Below the pieces are notes generated by a model that was not told the DNA's origin, searched no databases, and worked only from the letters and a program-made list of their open reading frames with translations. A stretch of 64,000 bases of DNA from Sulfuricurvum sp. (GTDB taxonomy: Bacteria; Campylobacterota; Campylobacteria; Campylobacterales; Sulfurimonadaceae). A program made the translations under genes and the position numbers. The DNA is taken from contig NZ_JAQUHV010000012.1 in the NCBI RefSeq assembly GCF_028681615.1, positions 9,152-73,151 of the forward strand. Reading direction: 5' to 3'. This document shows positions 27,795-36,774 of the stretch, one piece after another (the first letter of the stretch is position 1; the number at the start of each line of letters is the position of its first letter).

Positions 27795-27809
27795 CCGGGC
27801 ATTGCCCGG
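27795..27809. terminator. GC hairpin between convergent mop and the M48 peptidase gene
   Basis: CCGGGC-att-GCCCGG, preceded by CTCTTTT on the plus strand. Confidence 0.35.
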
Positions 27810-27834
27810 TATGTAATCAGCACTGTTTATTTCT

Positions 27835-29766
27835 CTATTTAGGTATGTCGAGTGAAGAGAGCGGGATAAGCAACAATGAACCCAATGCATGGATCATTTC
27901 TATGTCGTCATCAAAATGTGTACCGTCACTGCCCAGTAAATGAATCGCTTGTTCTAGGACCATAGTACGAATTGCAGTCGAGGCACACTGAATCTGATCG
28001 ATAGCCTTGCTCAATGAGCTGAGTGAAACATCGGAGTGGTAGGAAAGTGTCGGAAGGATTAGAGCCGTTCTCAGGGCTTCTATCGACTCATTAATACGTT
28101 TTTCATTGCCAAATTGAGTTTGGATCAGCAGCGAAAAGAGGACACTGAGCGGCTCTTGAATCTCTTCTATTTTTCTATAACGCTCTCTTGGTGCTTTGGA
28201 GAGTCCAAACTCCCGATCCAGCGGGGTCAAAACGATTGCATGCAGCGACCATTCCCAGATCGAAACAACCTGATCCATCTCTATCAAGTCGATAACGGTT
28301 TGACGAAAAACACGGTATTGCTGTTCAGACATCATTTTAAGCGACGGGATTGAGAGATTGATGAGATCGAGATGGGCACCGCGCGGCAGATCAAGCATCT
28401 TAGTATAGGTACTGGTGATATTTTTGTACAACATCGGAGAGATATTTTTGAGATATTTTTCTTGTTTTAGGAGGGTAATATTCTCTGTGCTTAGAAGTAA
28501 TGTCAATATAATCCACTGGGCACTCAGTGCGTTCGCACACATTGTATGTAACGAGTCGGGCAGGGCATCAATACGGGTACGGGCATATTTGAGATTTTGA
28601 TTACCGGGTTGCTGGGCGATACGTGAGAGGGTATCGATCACTATCGGACTTGTTAACACCGAAGCGGCTGAGGAAGGGATGAATTCAGATTCGGATACGT
28701 TAGAGGTGGATTTTGAACGTATCGGTGATTTCGTCTCTTTTAGAACAAACTTCCCGTTCCATGACGGGTCTATTCGACGGATTCGGTCTTGGAGTTTCGG
28801 ATGTGTTGAGAAAAAATGATCCCAAAAATTGGTAATACCGTCGGCAAAAAAGAGGTGAGCATAGGTTCCTCCGGCAGAAGATCGGATGGAAGCGCCTTCC
28901 GAAGAGGCTCCTATTTTGATAAGGGCGTTGGCGATTCCCTGAGGGTAGCGTGTATATTGAACGGCTGAAGCGTCTGCGAGATATTCTCTTTGGCGCGAAA
29001 TCATTGCTTTGATCCATTCGCCGATAAAGGTACCGATCCATCCCAACACCATCAATCCTAACCCTAACAGGTAGAGGGCAACGATAGGATTCCCCCCTTT
29101 TTTAGTATCGGAACTGCGTGATACGTATCTGTCCAGATGGGAATCATGGAGTGCATCGACGATAAATCTGCCGACGGCACCGATAAAAACGATTCCGTAT
29201 ACCATACCGCTAAGATGGAGATTGATGCGCATATCGCCGTTAAAAATATGGCTGAACTCATGGGCTATCACCCCTTGAAGCTCTTCACGGTTTAGTTGGT
29301 CCAATGCCCCTTGTGTAACTCCGATCACGGCGTCATTGTAGGTAAATCCGGCTGCAAAAGCGTTGATCCCACTATCCGATAACAGATAGACACTCGGCGG
29401 GGAAATTCCTGAGGCAATGGACATCTCTTCGACGACATTAAGGAGAACCTGATGCGATTTCTCTTGGGATAACGCCGTAATAAGTCTCCCGCCGAGAGAG
29501 AGGGCAACAACTTTTCCTCCATCTTTGAGCATAAAGTATTGAAAAAATGAAGCCATACCAACGATAAAAATGACTGAAATAAATGATCGTATAAATAGAG
29601 CTTCTTCAAAGTGTTTTGGGATAAATTTTCCGGTTAATAGATAGTGATCAATACTAAGTATCAACATCGAGATAGAGGCTGCAAAACCGCCAACACCTAG
29701 TATAAATACAATAATCAGACGGCTAGTGGATGCTTTTGCTTGCTGTTGTGCATCAAAAAAATTCAT
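27835..29766 (-). CDS. M48-family (HtpX-like) zinc metallopeptidase with a long C-terminal extension
   Basis: 643 aa with N-terminal TM segments and the HExxH motif (AHEFSHIFNGD). About 330 further residues have no motif I recognise. Confidence 0.75.
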   Translation of the reverse strand: MNFFDAQQQAKASTSRLIIVFILGVGGFAASISMLILSIDHYLLTGKFIPKHFEEALFIRSFISVIFIVGMASFFQYFMLKDGGKVVALSLGGRLITALSQEKSHQVLLNVVEEMSIASGISPPSVYLLSDSGINAFAAGFTYNDAVIGVTQGALDQLNREELQGVIAHEFSHIFNGDMRINLHLSGMVYGIVFIGAVGRFIVDALHDSHLDRYVSRSSDTKKGGNPIVALYLLGLGLMVLGWIGTFIGEWIKAMISRQREYLADASAVQYTRYPQGIANALIKIGASSEGASIRSSAGGTYAHLFFADGITNFWDHFFSTHPKLQDRIRRIDPSWNGKFVLKETKSPIRSKSTSNVSESEFIPSSAASVLTSPIVIDTLSRIAQQPGNQNLKYARTRIDALPDSLHTMCANALSAQWIILTLLLSTENITLLKQEKYLKNISPMLYKNITSTYTKMLDLPRGAHLDLINLSIPSLKMMSEQQYRVFRQTVIDLIEMDQVVSIWEWSLHAIVLTPLDREFGLSKAPRERYRKIEEIQEPLSVLFSLLIQTQFGNEKRINESIEALRTALILPTLSYHSDVSLSSLSKAIDQIQCASTAIRTMVLEQAIHLLGSDGTHFDDDIEMIHALGSLLLIPLSSLDIPK

Positions 29767-29775
29767 GCCGAACCG

Positions 29776-30366
29776 CTAAAATGCCATTTTTGGAGGATTC
29801 TGAATCTCTTTCGCATCCTCAAACTCGATCATGGCAGCATCACTCGTATGTCCGAATAGGGTGGCAAACAGGGTTTGCGGAAAAGATTGACGATAGATAT
29901 TGTATTCCATGACCGAATCATTATAAAACTGTCGGGCGAAGGCGATTTTGTTTTCGGTGGTGGCAAGCTCTTCTTGGAGGTTTTGCATCGTCGTATCGGC
30001 TTTGATCTGAGGATAATTTTCCATCACCATACTAAAATGCGAAATTGCACCGCGAAGTGTGTTTTCGGCTTCAGACATTTGGCGGATGGCAGTAGGATCG
30101 GCAGGGTTATTATGCGCTTCACGCAATTGTTTTGATGCTCCGTTACGTGCGGCAATTACCCGTTCAAGGGTACTCTGTTCGTGCTCCATGTACCGTTTTG
30201 CCACTTCGACCAAGGAAGGGATCAGATCGTAGCGGCGTTTGAGCTGTACATCGATTTGGGAAAAGGCATTGATGTATCGGTTCTTGGTAACAACGAGACG
30301 GTTAAAAATCGAAATAATATAAAAAATTACCCCGAAAATAACTATCCCGACAAAGTATTTTCCCAT
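29776..30366 (-). CDS. lemA: LemA family protein
   Basis: 196 aa with an N-terminal TM segment plus RRYDLIPSLVEVAKRY and ENKIAFARQFYNDSV. Confidence 0.85.
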   Translation of the reverse strand: MGKYFVGIVIFGVIFYIISIFNRLVVTKNRYINAFSQIDVQLKRRYDLIPSLVEVAKRYMEHEQSTLERVIAARNGASKQLREAHNNPADPTAIRQMSEAENTLRGAISHFSMVMENYPQIKADTTMQNLQEELATTENKIAFARQFYNDSVMEYNIYRQSFPQTLFATLFGHTSDAAMIEFEDAKEIQNPPKMAF

Positions 30367-30441
30367 TTAAACTATCTCCCTATTTTTTTGTAAAGACAGT
30401 ATACAAAAAAATATTTTATTTTGATAGATTAAATGATCGAA

Positions 30442-30915
30442 TCAGTGATGGTGATGAAACTCCAAGACTTCTTTGATCTCTTCCGGAGTCGCTTCATGAA
30501 TATCCAGAACCGTCCCCTCAAAAATGAGATCCATTCCTGCTAGCGGGTGATTTCCGTCCATAGTGGCATGATCTCCATTGATTTCAGTGACGGTATAAAT
30601 GATGACGTCATCGGAATCTTCTTCGAAATATCCGTCGAGTTCCATCCCGACACTTACCTCTACCGGCAACTCGCTGAGAGCTTCTGTGATCACGAGAGAG
30701 GGATCATATTTTCCGAATGCTTTATCCGATGTAAGGGTGATTTTGAACGTTTCTCCGATGCTTTTGCCTTCCAACGCTTGTTCGACCGTAGGGAAGATGT
30801 GGCCGTAATTACCGTGGAGATAGACAAGAGACTCCTCTTCTTCGTGGAGAAGGTTTCCCTCCGTGTCGTTGATATGGTAATCGATGGTAACGAGACAATT
30901 TTTGGTGATGGTCAT
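30442..30915 (-). CDS. slyD: FKBP-type peptidyl-prolyl isomerase SlyD paralogue with a C-terminal His4 tail
   Basis: 157 aa, collinear with 17779-18246 (for example TIDYHINDTEGNLLHEE, DGNHPLAGMDLIFEG) and ending ...EFHHHH. Lies 8 nt downstream of modC. Confidence 0.8.
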   Translation of the reverse strand: MTITKNCLVTIDYHINDTEGNLLHEEEESLVYLHGNYGHIFPTVEQALEGKSIGETFKITLTSDKAFGKYDPSLVITEALSELPVEVSVGMELDGYFEEDSDDVIIYTVTEINGDHATMDGNHPLAGMDLIFEGTVLDIHEATPEEIKEVLEFHHHH

Positions 30916-30923
30916 AAGGTTCC

Positions 30924-31799
30924 TTAGGGTAGCGGTATGAGGATAGGGTTAAACGCTTTGGTCGAGATTATAGCGTGTCCGCCCACACGTAGTTCTGAAG
31001 CCTCAGTGGAGCTAAGAACGGTACGAACGACGGAGGAGCCTACGAGCAGTGTTACGATCACGGCTGGAGAGTCCTCTTCGATTTTGAGAACCTCGCCGAT
31101 GAGCTGCAGTTTTCCGCTGAGGGCTTGCGGACTAAAGAACTCCATTGGGGGGCAGATCGATTTGATCCGTCCCGATTCGACGGAAGCGAGACGGTCGGAG
31201 AGCTTGACGGTTTCGGCGATGTCGTGGCTGACCAGAAGGGTCGTAACACCGAGACGTTGATGGATCAGGGTAAGTTCGTCCTGGAGTTTCTGGCGCATAA
31301 GAGGATCAAGCGCCGAGAGCGGTTCATCGAGGAGGAGAATTTTAGGACGGCGCACTAATGCACGGGCAAGGGCAACCCGCTGTTTCTGTCCGCCCGAGAG
31401 CGTGGAGGGGAGACGATCGGAGAGTGCGGTCAGCTCGACGAGTTCGATCAGCTCATCAATATTGGAACGTTGTTCACTGTTGTCCGCGGCAAACAGGAGA
31501 TTCTCACGTACGCTCATCGTAGGGAATAGGGCATAGTCTTGGAATACAAATCCGATGCTCCGTTTCTGGGGAGGGAGATTGATTTTTTTCGTACTGTCGA
31601 ACCACACTTCTCCGTCTACTTCGATCACTCCGCTATCGGGTTTTTCGAGACCTGCAATCATCCGCATCAACGTCGTTTTTCCCGCACCTGAGGGACCGAA
31701 GAGGGTTATAAATTCCCCATCCTCGATTTTTAGCTCAAAATGGGCTTGAAGTATCCCCTCTGCGGTGTCGAGCCGCTTTGTAATATTAAGAAATATCAT
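30924..31799 (-). CDS. modC: molybdate ABC transporter ATP-binding protein
   Basis: 291 aa with GPSGAGKTT, LSGGQKQRVALARAL, LLLDEPLSALD and a short TOBE-like C-terminus. Overlaps modB by 4 nt. Confidence 0.85.
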   Translation of the reverse strand: MIFLNITKRLDTAEGILQAHFELKIEDGEFITLFGPSGAGKTTLMRMIAGLEKPDSGVIEVDGEVWFDSTKKINLPPQKRSIGFVFQDYALFPTMSVRENLLFAADNSEQRSNIDELIELVELTALSDRLPSTLSGGQKQRVALARALVRRPKILLLDEPLSALDPLMRQKLQDELTLIHQRLGVTTLLVSHDIAETVKLSDRLASVESGRIKSICPPMEFFSPQALSGKLQLIGEVLKIEEDSPAVIVTLLVGSSVVRTVLSSTEASELRVGGHAIISTKAFNPILIPLP

Positions 31800-32470
31800 C
31801 GAATACCGCCCAACGATTTTTTATTGAGGGTGTAGACGAGAAGCAGTATCGCAAAGGTAACCGCAAAAAGGGTGAGGGCGTATTGGTGCGCCAGTGCGTA
31901 GTTGAGCGATTCGACCTCGTCATAGATGGCGATGGAAGCGACGCGGGTTTCACCCGGAATGTTTCCGCCTATCATGAGGATCACCCCGAACTCTCCGACC
32001 GTGTGGGCAAATGCGAGGACGATTCCGGAGATAAGACCGTGACGGATTGAGGGGAGGATGACACGCACCATCGTCTGGAGTTTTGATTTACCGAGGGTAT
32101 AGGCGGCTTCAAAAATCGAAGGCGGTACTTGGGAAAGGGCCGATTGGATCGGATGTACCATAAACGGTAAACTAAAGAGGACAGAGCCGACGACGAGCCC
32201 GTCAAAACTGAATGCAAGGCGGATGCCGTGTTCGGTCAAAAATTTTCCGATAAATGATGAGGGGGTAAAGGCGAGGAGGAGATAAAACCCTAAAACGGAC
32301 GGAGGCAGGACAAGCGGCATGGAAACGATTGTCTCTACGATACTTTTAAACCGCATGCGGCTAAAGACCAAGAACGATGCAAGGGGAATCGCAATCACAA
32401 GCAGTATCAGTGTCGTAACGGAGGCGAGTTTAAAGGTCAGCACCATCGTGCTGATGAATTCAGATTCCAT
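31796..32470 (-). CDS. modB: molybdate ABC transporter permease
   Basis: 224 aa, about 5 TM segments, with the EAA loop FEAAYTLGKSKLQTMVRVILP. Confidence 0.85.
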   Translation of the reverse strand: MESEFISTMVLTFKLASVTTLILLVIAIPLASFLVFSRMRFKSIVETIVSMPLVLPPSVLGFYLLLAFTPSSFIGKFLTEHGIRLAFSFDGLVVGSVLFSLPFMVHPIQSALSQVPPSIFEAAYTLGKSKLQTMVRVILPSIRHGLISGIVLAFAHTVGEFGVILMIGGNIPGETRVASIAIYDEVESLNYALAHQYALTLFAVTFAILLLVYTLNKKSLGGIR

Positions 32471-32861
32471 GGGTCTCTCTCAATAAGGATATTTCGCTCG
32501 GTTGAACCATCCAGCACACCTCGTCGCCTTCACGTATAGAGAGGGTGTTGAACGTCACTGTCGGCACGAGTGCCATGATCGTCGTCTCATGATAGGTGAG
32601 AGTGACTTGTGAGAGGATGATTCCGCGCTCTATGGTCTGAACCGACGCACGCTGCATGTTTGCGGTGGCGGCAGAGAGTGTGTCGGAAAGGATAACCTCG
32701 GTCTCTTTAAATGCCAGAGTCACAGGGGTATTGAGCAAATTTTTTTCATTTGACGCTTCGGCGAGGAGAAGATAAAACGTATCTTCCCCGACGGCAACCC
32801 CTAAACAGGAGAGGTGTTCGGATGAGGTGACGGAGGTAATGGAGGCTTTTAAAATATTCAT
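32460..32861 (-). CDS. TOBE-domain protein
   Basis: 133 aa with two TOBE-like half repeats. Overlaps both modD and modB. Confidence 0.55.
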   Translation of the reverse strand: MNILKASITSVTSSEHLSCLGVAVGEDTFYLLLAEASNEKNLLNTPVTLAFKETEVILSDTLSAATANMQRASVQTIERGIILSQVTLTYHETTIMALVPTVTFNTLSIREGDEVCWMVQPSEISLLRETHGI

Positions 32862-33706
32862 AGCGGCTCAATTTTCACTTTGATATCGGCAGGCTGCGCG
32901 TTGTAGGGCGATGAGGTGACGATCATATCGACTCCCGTACTTGCATATTCGGCGATATTTTTAGTACTGATCCCTCCGGTCGCGATCAGGGTGATGTGAG
33001 GATAGTCGGCGCGCAATATACGGACGGCATCGGAGAGTTTGGTGAGAGGGAATTTCTCCAGTTGTAGAATATCGGCTCCCATACTGGCAAATTTCAACGC
33101 CTGAGCGATGTCTTCGGCTTCCATGACGATCTTTTTCTCGGGGTTCGATTTTTTGGTTTTATTGAGCGCTTCTGCGAATGCTTCATCTGCCGGAAAAAAG
33201 ACGCGGTGGTAGTCGAAGATGAGGATGCTTTCTGAGAGTCCCAAACGGTGAGCGACACCGCCACCCGATTCGACGGCTTTGATCGCAATCTTTTTTGTAA
33301 ACGGGGTCGTTTTGCGGGTAGTGGCGACGACGATATCGGGGTTGATCGAACGGGCTAAGAGGACCGCTTCGCGGGTATAGGTGGCGATACCGCTGGCGTA
33401 GTCGATCAGGTTTTGGACAGACTTCCAGATGCGGTGGATGTTTCCCGCTTCGCCGTGGGCTTCGAGAAAGACGCTTTTAGGGGGGATAAGGGTTCCGGAT
33501 TTCACAAATCCGTCGATCTCCAAACCATACAATCCGCACAGGCGTACGGCCTCTTCCATGCAGGAGACGACGAGAGGGCGTTCACGGGTGGCAAAGGTGA
33601 TGCGGGCACGCTGCTCACCGATCCCGAGCGATGCGGTTGTCAGATCGCCGTAGGGGACGTCTTCGCTCAAAAATGCTTCAAGTTCATGGTCATTGAGGAT
33701 AATCAT
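32858..33706 (-). CDS. modD: ModD protein (family resembling nicotinate-nucleotide pyrophosphorylase)
   Basis: Start at MIILNDHELEAFLSEDVPYGDLTT, which forms an ATGA overlap with the upstream methyltransferase stop. QPRTase-like fold motifs. Confidence 0.75.
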   Translation of the reverse strand: MIILNDHELEAFLSEDVPYGDLTTASLGIGEQRARITFATRERPLVVSCMEEAVRLCGLYGLEIDGFVKSGTLIPPKSVFLEAHGEAGNIHRIWKSVQNLIDYASGIATYTREAVLLARSINPDIVVATTRKTTPFTKKIAIKAVESGGGVAHRLGLSESILIFDYHRVFFPADEAFAEALNKTKKSNPEKKIVMEAEDIAQALKFASMGADILQLEKFPLTKLSDAVRILRADYPHITLIATGGISTKNIAEYASTGVDMIVTSSPYNAQPADIKVKIEPL

Positions 33707-34497
33707 ACCGATGTCTCCCATCCGATAAATGCCCAGTTGACGGCACGTGGAGGACGCTTTTGTCCAACGATCACCTCACGGTAATATTCGCGTGCTTTGA
33801 GTTTTTGCTCTTCGCTCAGCTCGTGTACGCTCCAGATCAACGATTCGACGAATTCATCTTCGGTGTTGCTTCGGACACTGCCTCTGCCTGTTTCGATGTA
33901 ATCGACGCGGGGGAGATAGCCTTGTGAATAGAGGAGGATAGGGATGTACCAATAGTCGGGTTTGGTTTTGACCTTTTTGCCGATGTAATCGAGGATGCTC
34001 ATGTCGACGAAACTCCCTCCTACTTTGTAGGTGAGATAGCACCGTTTACGCGCATGCGCAGACATTTTGGAGAGGGCGGCATCGACGTCGGAGACCTCCA
34101 TGGATCGGGAAGCGACAACGATATCGATCTGCGGCAACCGGCTCCAGTCATCTTCCCATCCGATATGATATGTTTTAATATTAGTGACCCCTTCGCGCGC
34201 GGCGTAGGCTTTCAGCTCTTCGAGCATTTGTGCGGAGAAGTCGATAGCAATGACCTCTTTGACCCGTTTTGCCAGCGGGATGGCCAATGTTCCCGGCCCG
34301 CATCCAATATCGAGAACGACCTCGTCACCGCTAATGTTCATGCGGGAAATAAAGTCGTCGACATACGGGCTGTTGATGACGGATGCCGCCATATCGGCAG
34401 ATTTTTCGTCCCAGTCACTGCTGGTTTTGCCTTTGAAATCGGTAGTGGCTTTGTGCTCTTTGTACATTGCCGCAAAATCGATCGGTTCTAAAAACAT
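33703..34497 (-). CDS. class I SAM-dependent methyltransferase
   Basis: 264 aa with motif I VLDIGCGPGTL. First gene of the modD-TOBE-modBC-slyD string. Confidence 0.7.
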   Translation of the reverse strand: MFLEPIDFAAMYKEHKATTDFKGKTSSDWDEKSADMAASVINSPYVDDFISRMNISGDEVVLDIGCGPGTLAIPLAKRVKEVIAIDFSAQMLEELKAYAAREGVTNIKTYHIGWEDDWSRLPQIDIVVASRSMEVSDVDAALSKMSAHARKRCYLTYKVGGSFVDMSILDYIGKKVKTKPDYWYIPILLYSQGYLPRVDYIETGRGSVRSNTEDEFVESLIWSVHELSEEQKLKAREYYREVIVGQKRPPRAVNWAFIGWETSV

Positions 34498-34521
34498 TGG
34501 GTGTCCTTTATAAACTGGATT

Positions 34522-34545
34522 AATTGTATCCTATTTGATCTAACG
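34522..34545. promoter_or_regulatory. candidate ModE-type operator (box 3)
   Basis: On the gene-sense (minus) strand it reads CGTTAGATC-AAATAG-GATACAATT, 24 nt upstream of ATG 34497. Confidence 0.4.
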
Positions 34546-34570
34546 AATAGTTTTTTTCTAAGTATTTTAT

Positions 34571-35347
34571 TCACTGGGAACTAGCCCCTTTTTTATAGAG
34601 TTTGAATGCAGAGAGGGTCAAAATTACTGCTAGCAAGAGTTGCAACATAGAACTGGGAATGCTTCCCAACATACTTTTACCGACCCATGCCCCGATAATC
34701 GATCCTGCAGCCATCCATGCAATAAAACGGAGATTGGGTTTGACGATTCGGAACGGTTCTTTTTTCCGGTAGCGGTATAAACCGATCATGATTGTAGGGA
34801 GGCTGATCATCAGACTGAGTGTTCCTGCGATTTTAATATCCACACCGTACAATAGGGCAATGGTTGGGATAATCAGTTCACCTCCCGCAACCCCTAGCAT
34901 ACTGCTAAAAAGTCCGATGATGATCCCTGCACTAAATCCCAAAAACGTCAATGCGCTTTGACCCAGTTCCAAGGGATTGAAATGGACTCTGGATTCGATG
35001 ATCATAACAATCGCCAATCCTCCAAGCAATACGGCGACAATCTTGTCTAGGCGTTTTTCGTCGATGCGTGATGCGATTCCTACTCCCATTGATGCTCCGA
35101 TAAGAGAACCTGACAACAAGGTAGCGACGATCGGTAAAAAAGAGGATACGGCACTCCATGATTCCCATCTGAAACTAAGCGATGATGCGACGGTAATCCA
35201 AGAAATGATCAGATTGATGATTATCGCGTGAACGGTAGAAAATTGGAAGATGAACGTGAGCAGCGGAAGACGAAATTCTGCTCCGCCAAGCCCTATCAAT
35301 CCCCCTAAGATACCGATGAGGGCACCGTACAAAAACGGTTTAAACAT
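34571..35347 (-). CDS. TauE/SafE (DUF81) family anion permease
   Basis: About 258 aa from MFKPFLYG, multi-TM, with a Gly-rich GGLIGLGGAEFRLPLL motif typical of the family. Confidence 0.75.
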   Translation of the reverse strand: MFKPFLYGALIGILGGLIGLGGAEFRLPLLTFIFQFSTVHAIIINLIISWITVASSLSFRWESWSAVSSFLPIVATLLSGSLIGASMGVGIASRIDEKRLDKIVAVLLGGLAIVMIIESRVHFNPLELGQSALTFLGFSAGIIIGLFSSMLGVAGGELIIPTIALLYGVDIKIAGTLSLMISLPTIMIGLYRYRKKEPFRIVKPNLRFIAWMAAGSIIGAWVGKSMLGSIPSSMLQLLLAVILTLSAFKLYKKGASSQ

Positions 35348-35825
35348 GATCATCCTTCTGAATTCTAATCTGATTTTCACTGATCAGTGCAAAGATTTTT
35401 AACGGATCATTTTTGTTGTCGTTCGCAATCTTTTCTAACGTATGTTCGAGATTGTATATCACAATCCCTTTTCGATCTAAAAATTCGCCTGCACTGTCGA
35501 TACAAATGTTTAATCCCTCGCACAGTTCTCGAAGCGACCTTTGTTTAAACGTTTTGAGATGTGCATGATTGGTGCACGGCTGTTTTGCACCGCCCGTTGT
35601 GACGATCGAGAAGAACTCTTTGAGGAGTTTTTTTAATTTTTCCCGTCTCAAATAAATATGGACCGGAAGAATCGTCATGACGAGTACCCCGGCAATCACA
35701 TGGTATCTCATGATGTTTTGGTTGTAGGCTCTATCGAACGTGATGAAAGCAGTTGAACTCAAGGTCAGCATCAGTATGAGCATCACAAGGATGACAACAA
35801 CTTTGAGAAAGGTTTCAGTTTGCAT
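35340..35825 (-). CDS. membrane protein (2 TM plus a cytoplasmic Cys-containing domain), paralogue of 26628-27140
   Basis: 161 aa with the shared motifs HIYLRREKLKKL, LRELCEGL and EKIANDNKNDPLKIF. Confidence 0.5.
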   Translation of the reverse strand: MQTETFLKVVVILVMLILMLTLSSTAFITFDRAYNQNIMRYHVIAGVLVMTILPVHIYLRREKLKKLLKEFFSIVTTGGAKQPCTNHAHLKTFKQRSLRELCEGLNICIDSAGEFLDRKGIVIYNLEHTLEKIANDNKNDPLKIFALISENQIRIQKDDHV

Positions 35826-36027
35826 AAGTCCCCTTTTTCATACAGATAAAGCTTTCTCGTGTCCATCGACGGTAAAGACAGTTATAGCAAGAATTGTGTG
35901 CCGTAGTGGTGATCAATTCGTCCTCGTCTTTATCAAGTTTAAACGCTTCACATGCCGCTTCAATCGCTTTTTCGTAAGAATCTTTGCCGTATCGAAAGAT
36001 AACATTTCCATTTTCTAGTATAAACAT
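35815..36027 (-). CDS. small Cys-containing protein (CxxC...C), function unknown
   Basis: 70 aa containing HNSCYNCLYRRWTRESFIC. Overlaps the downstream gene by 11 nt and lies 9 nt after the upstream one. Confidence 0.4.
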   Translation of the reverse strand: MFILENGNVIFRYGKDSYEKAIEAACEAFKLDKDEDELITTTAHNSCYNCLYRRWTRESFICMKKGTYAN

Positions 36028-36036
36028 GGTTTTACC

Positions 36037-36771
36037 TCAGTAATTTTTGAGTTTTTCTTTGCCGAGTGGGCGATAATTATCGCCGTCCGGTTCGACCAGT
36101 AAAACACATTTATGATTGAGATAGACGATTTTGAGCTCCTCTTCTGTGAGGATAAGGGCATTCTCAGAAATCAATGCTCCGTTACTCAGTTGAATCTCGT
36201 CGATAAGATCATTATTTAGAAGCGTTTGAACCTCGATCGTTTGGGTATCGAGGCGAAATTTGCCTTTAATACGTCCATCACTACCGTATGCACGCAGGGC
36301 GATTCCCGCTACTGCACCTATGACCCCTTGTCCGGTGTTTTTGAGTTCGCGTAAAAAGAGGTTATGCTTTTCTGCAATAGCATAGGCACTCTCTTTACTC
36401 AGCACTTTAACTTTGGCATCAAAACCATAGGCGATTAATGCTTCCATATCACCGATCTCGTCTTCAAATGCAATACATACCCCCGGATCGGAGGTCGGAG
36501 CGCTGATATTTTCAACATGTTCGAGAATAAATCGTGTGACCTCTTCTCGCTCTTTTTTACTCAGATAGGTTGTAAAACACATCGAACTGTTGTGCGATGT
36601 GTAGGGAATGTCCTCATGAAGATAGAGCTGGTGACGTGTGATGGGCGCCGCCAAAACGGAGTAATGTTTCATGATATGTTCCCGAATCGCTTCGCAAATC
36701 TCTCCTGTCGAGGTATGGTAACCGATCTCATCCGTATCGTCGATACTGATATAAGTCTTTTTTCGTATCAT
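36037..36771 (-). CDS. stand-alone protein resembling the N-terminal kinase domain of archaeal TiaS (DUF1743-like)
   Basis: 244 aa. ISIDDTDEIGYHTSTGE, DIPYTSHNSSMCF, DPGVCIAFEDE and GQGVIGAVAGIALRA parallel the GIDDTDS..GMCTTY, IPYKTRGNGAVSF, NPGAVF and GRGLIGALAAVGA blocks I recall from A. fulgidus TiaS. No OB-fold or zinc-ribbon part is present. Confidence 0.45.
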   Translation of the reverse strand: MIRKKTYISIDDTDEIGYHTSTGEICEAIREHIMKHYSVLAAPITRHQLYLHEDIPYTSHNSSMCFTTYLSKKEREEVTRFILEHVENISAPTSDPGVCIAFEDEIGDMEALIAYGFDAKVKVLSKESAYAIAEKHNLFLRELKNTGQGVIGAVAGIALRAYGSDGRIKGKFRLDTQTIEVQTLLNNDLIDEIQLSNGALISENALILTEEELKIVYLNHKCVLLVEPDGDNYRPLGKEKLKNY

Positions 36772-36774
36772 CGA

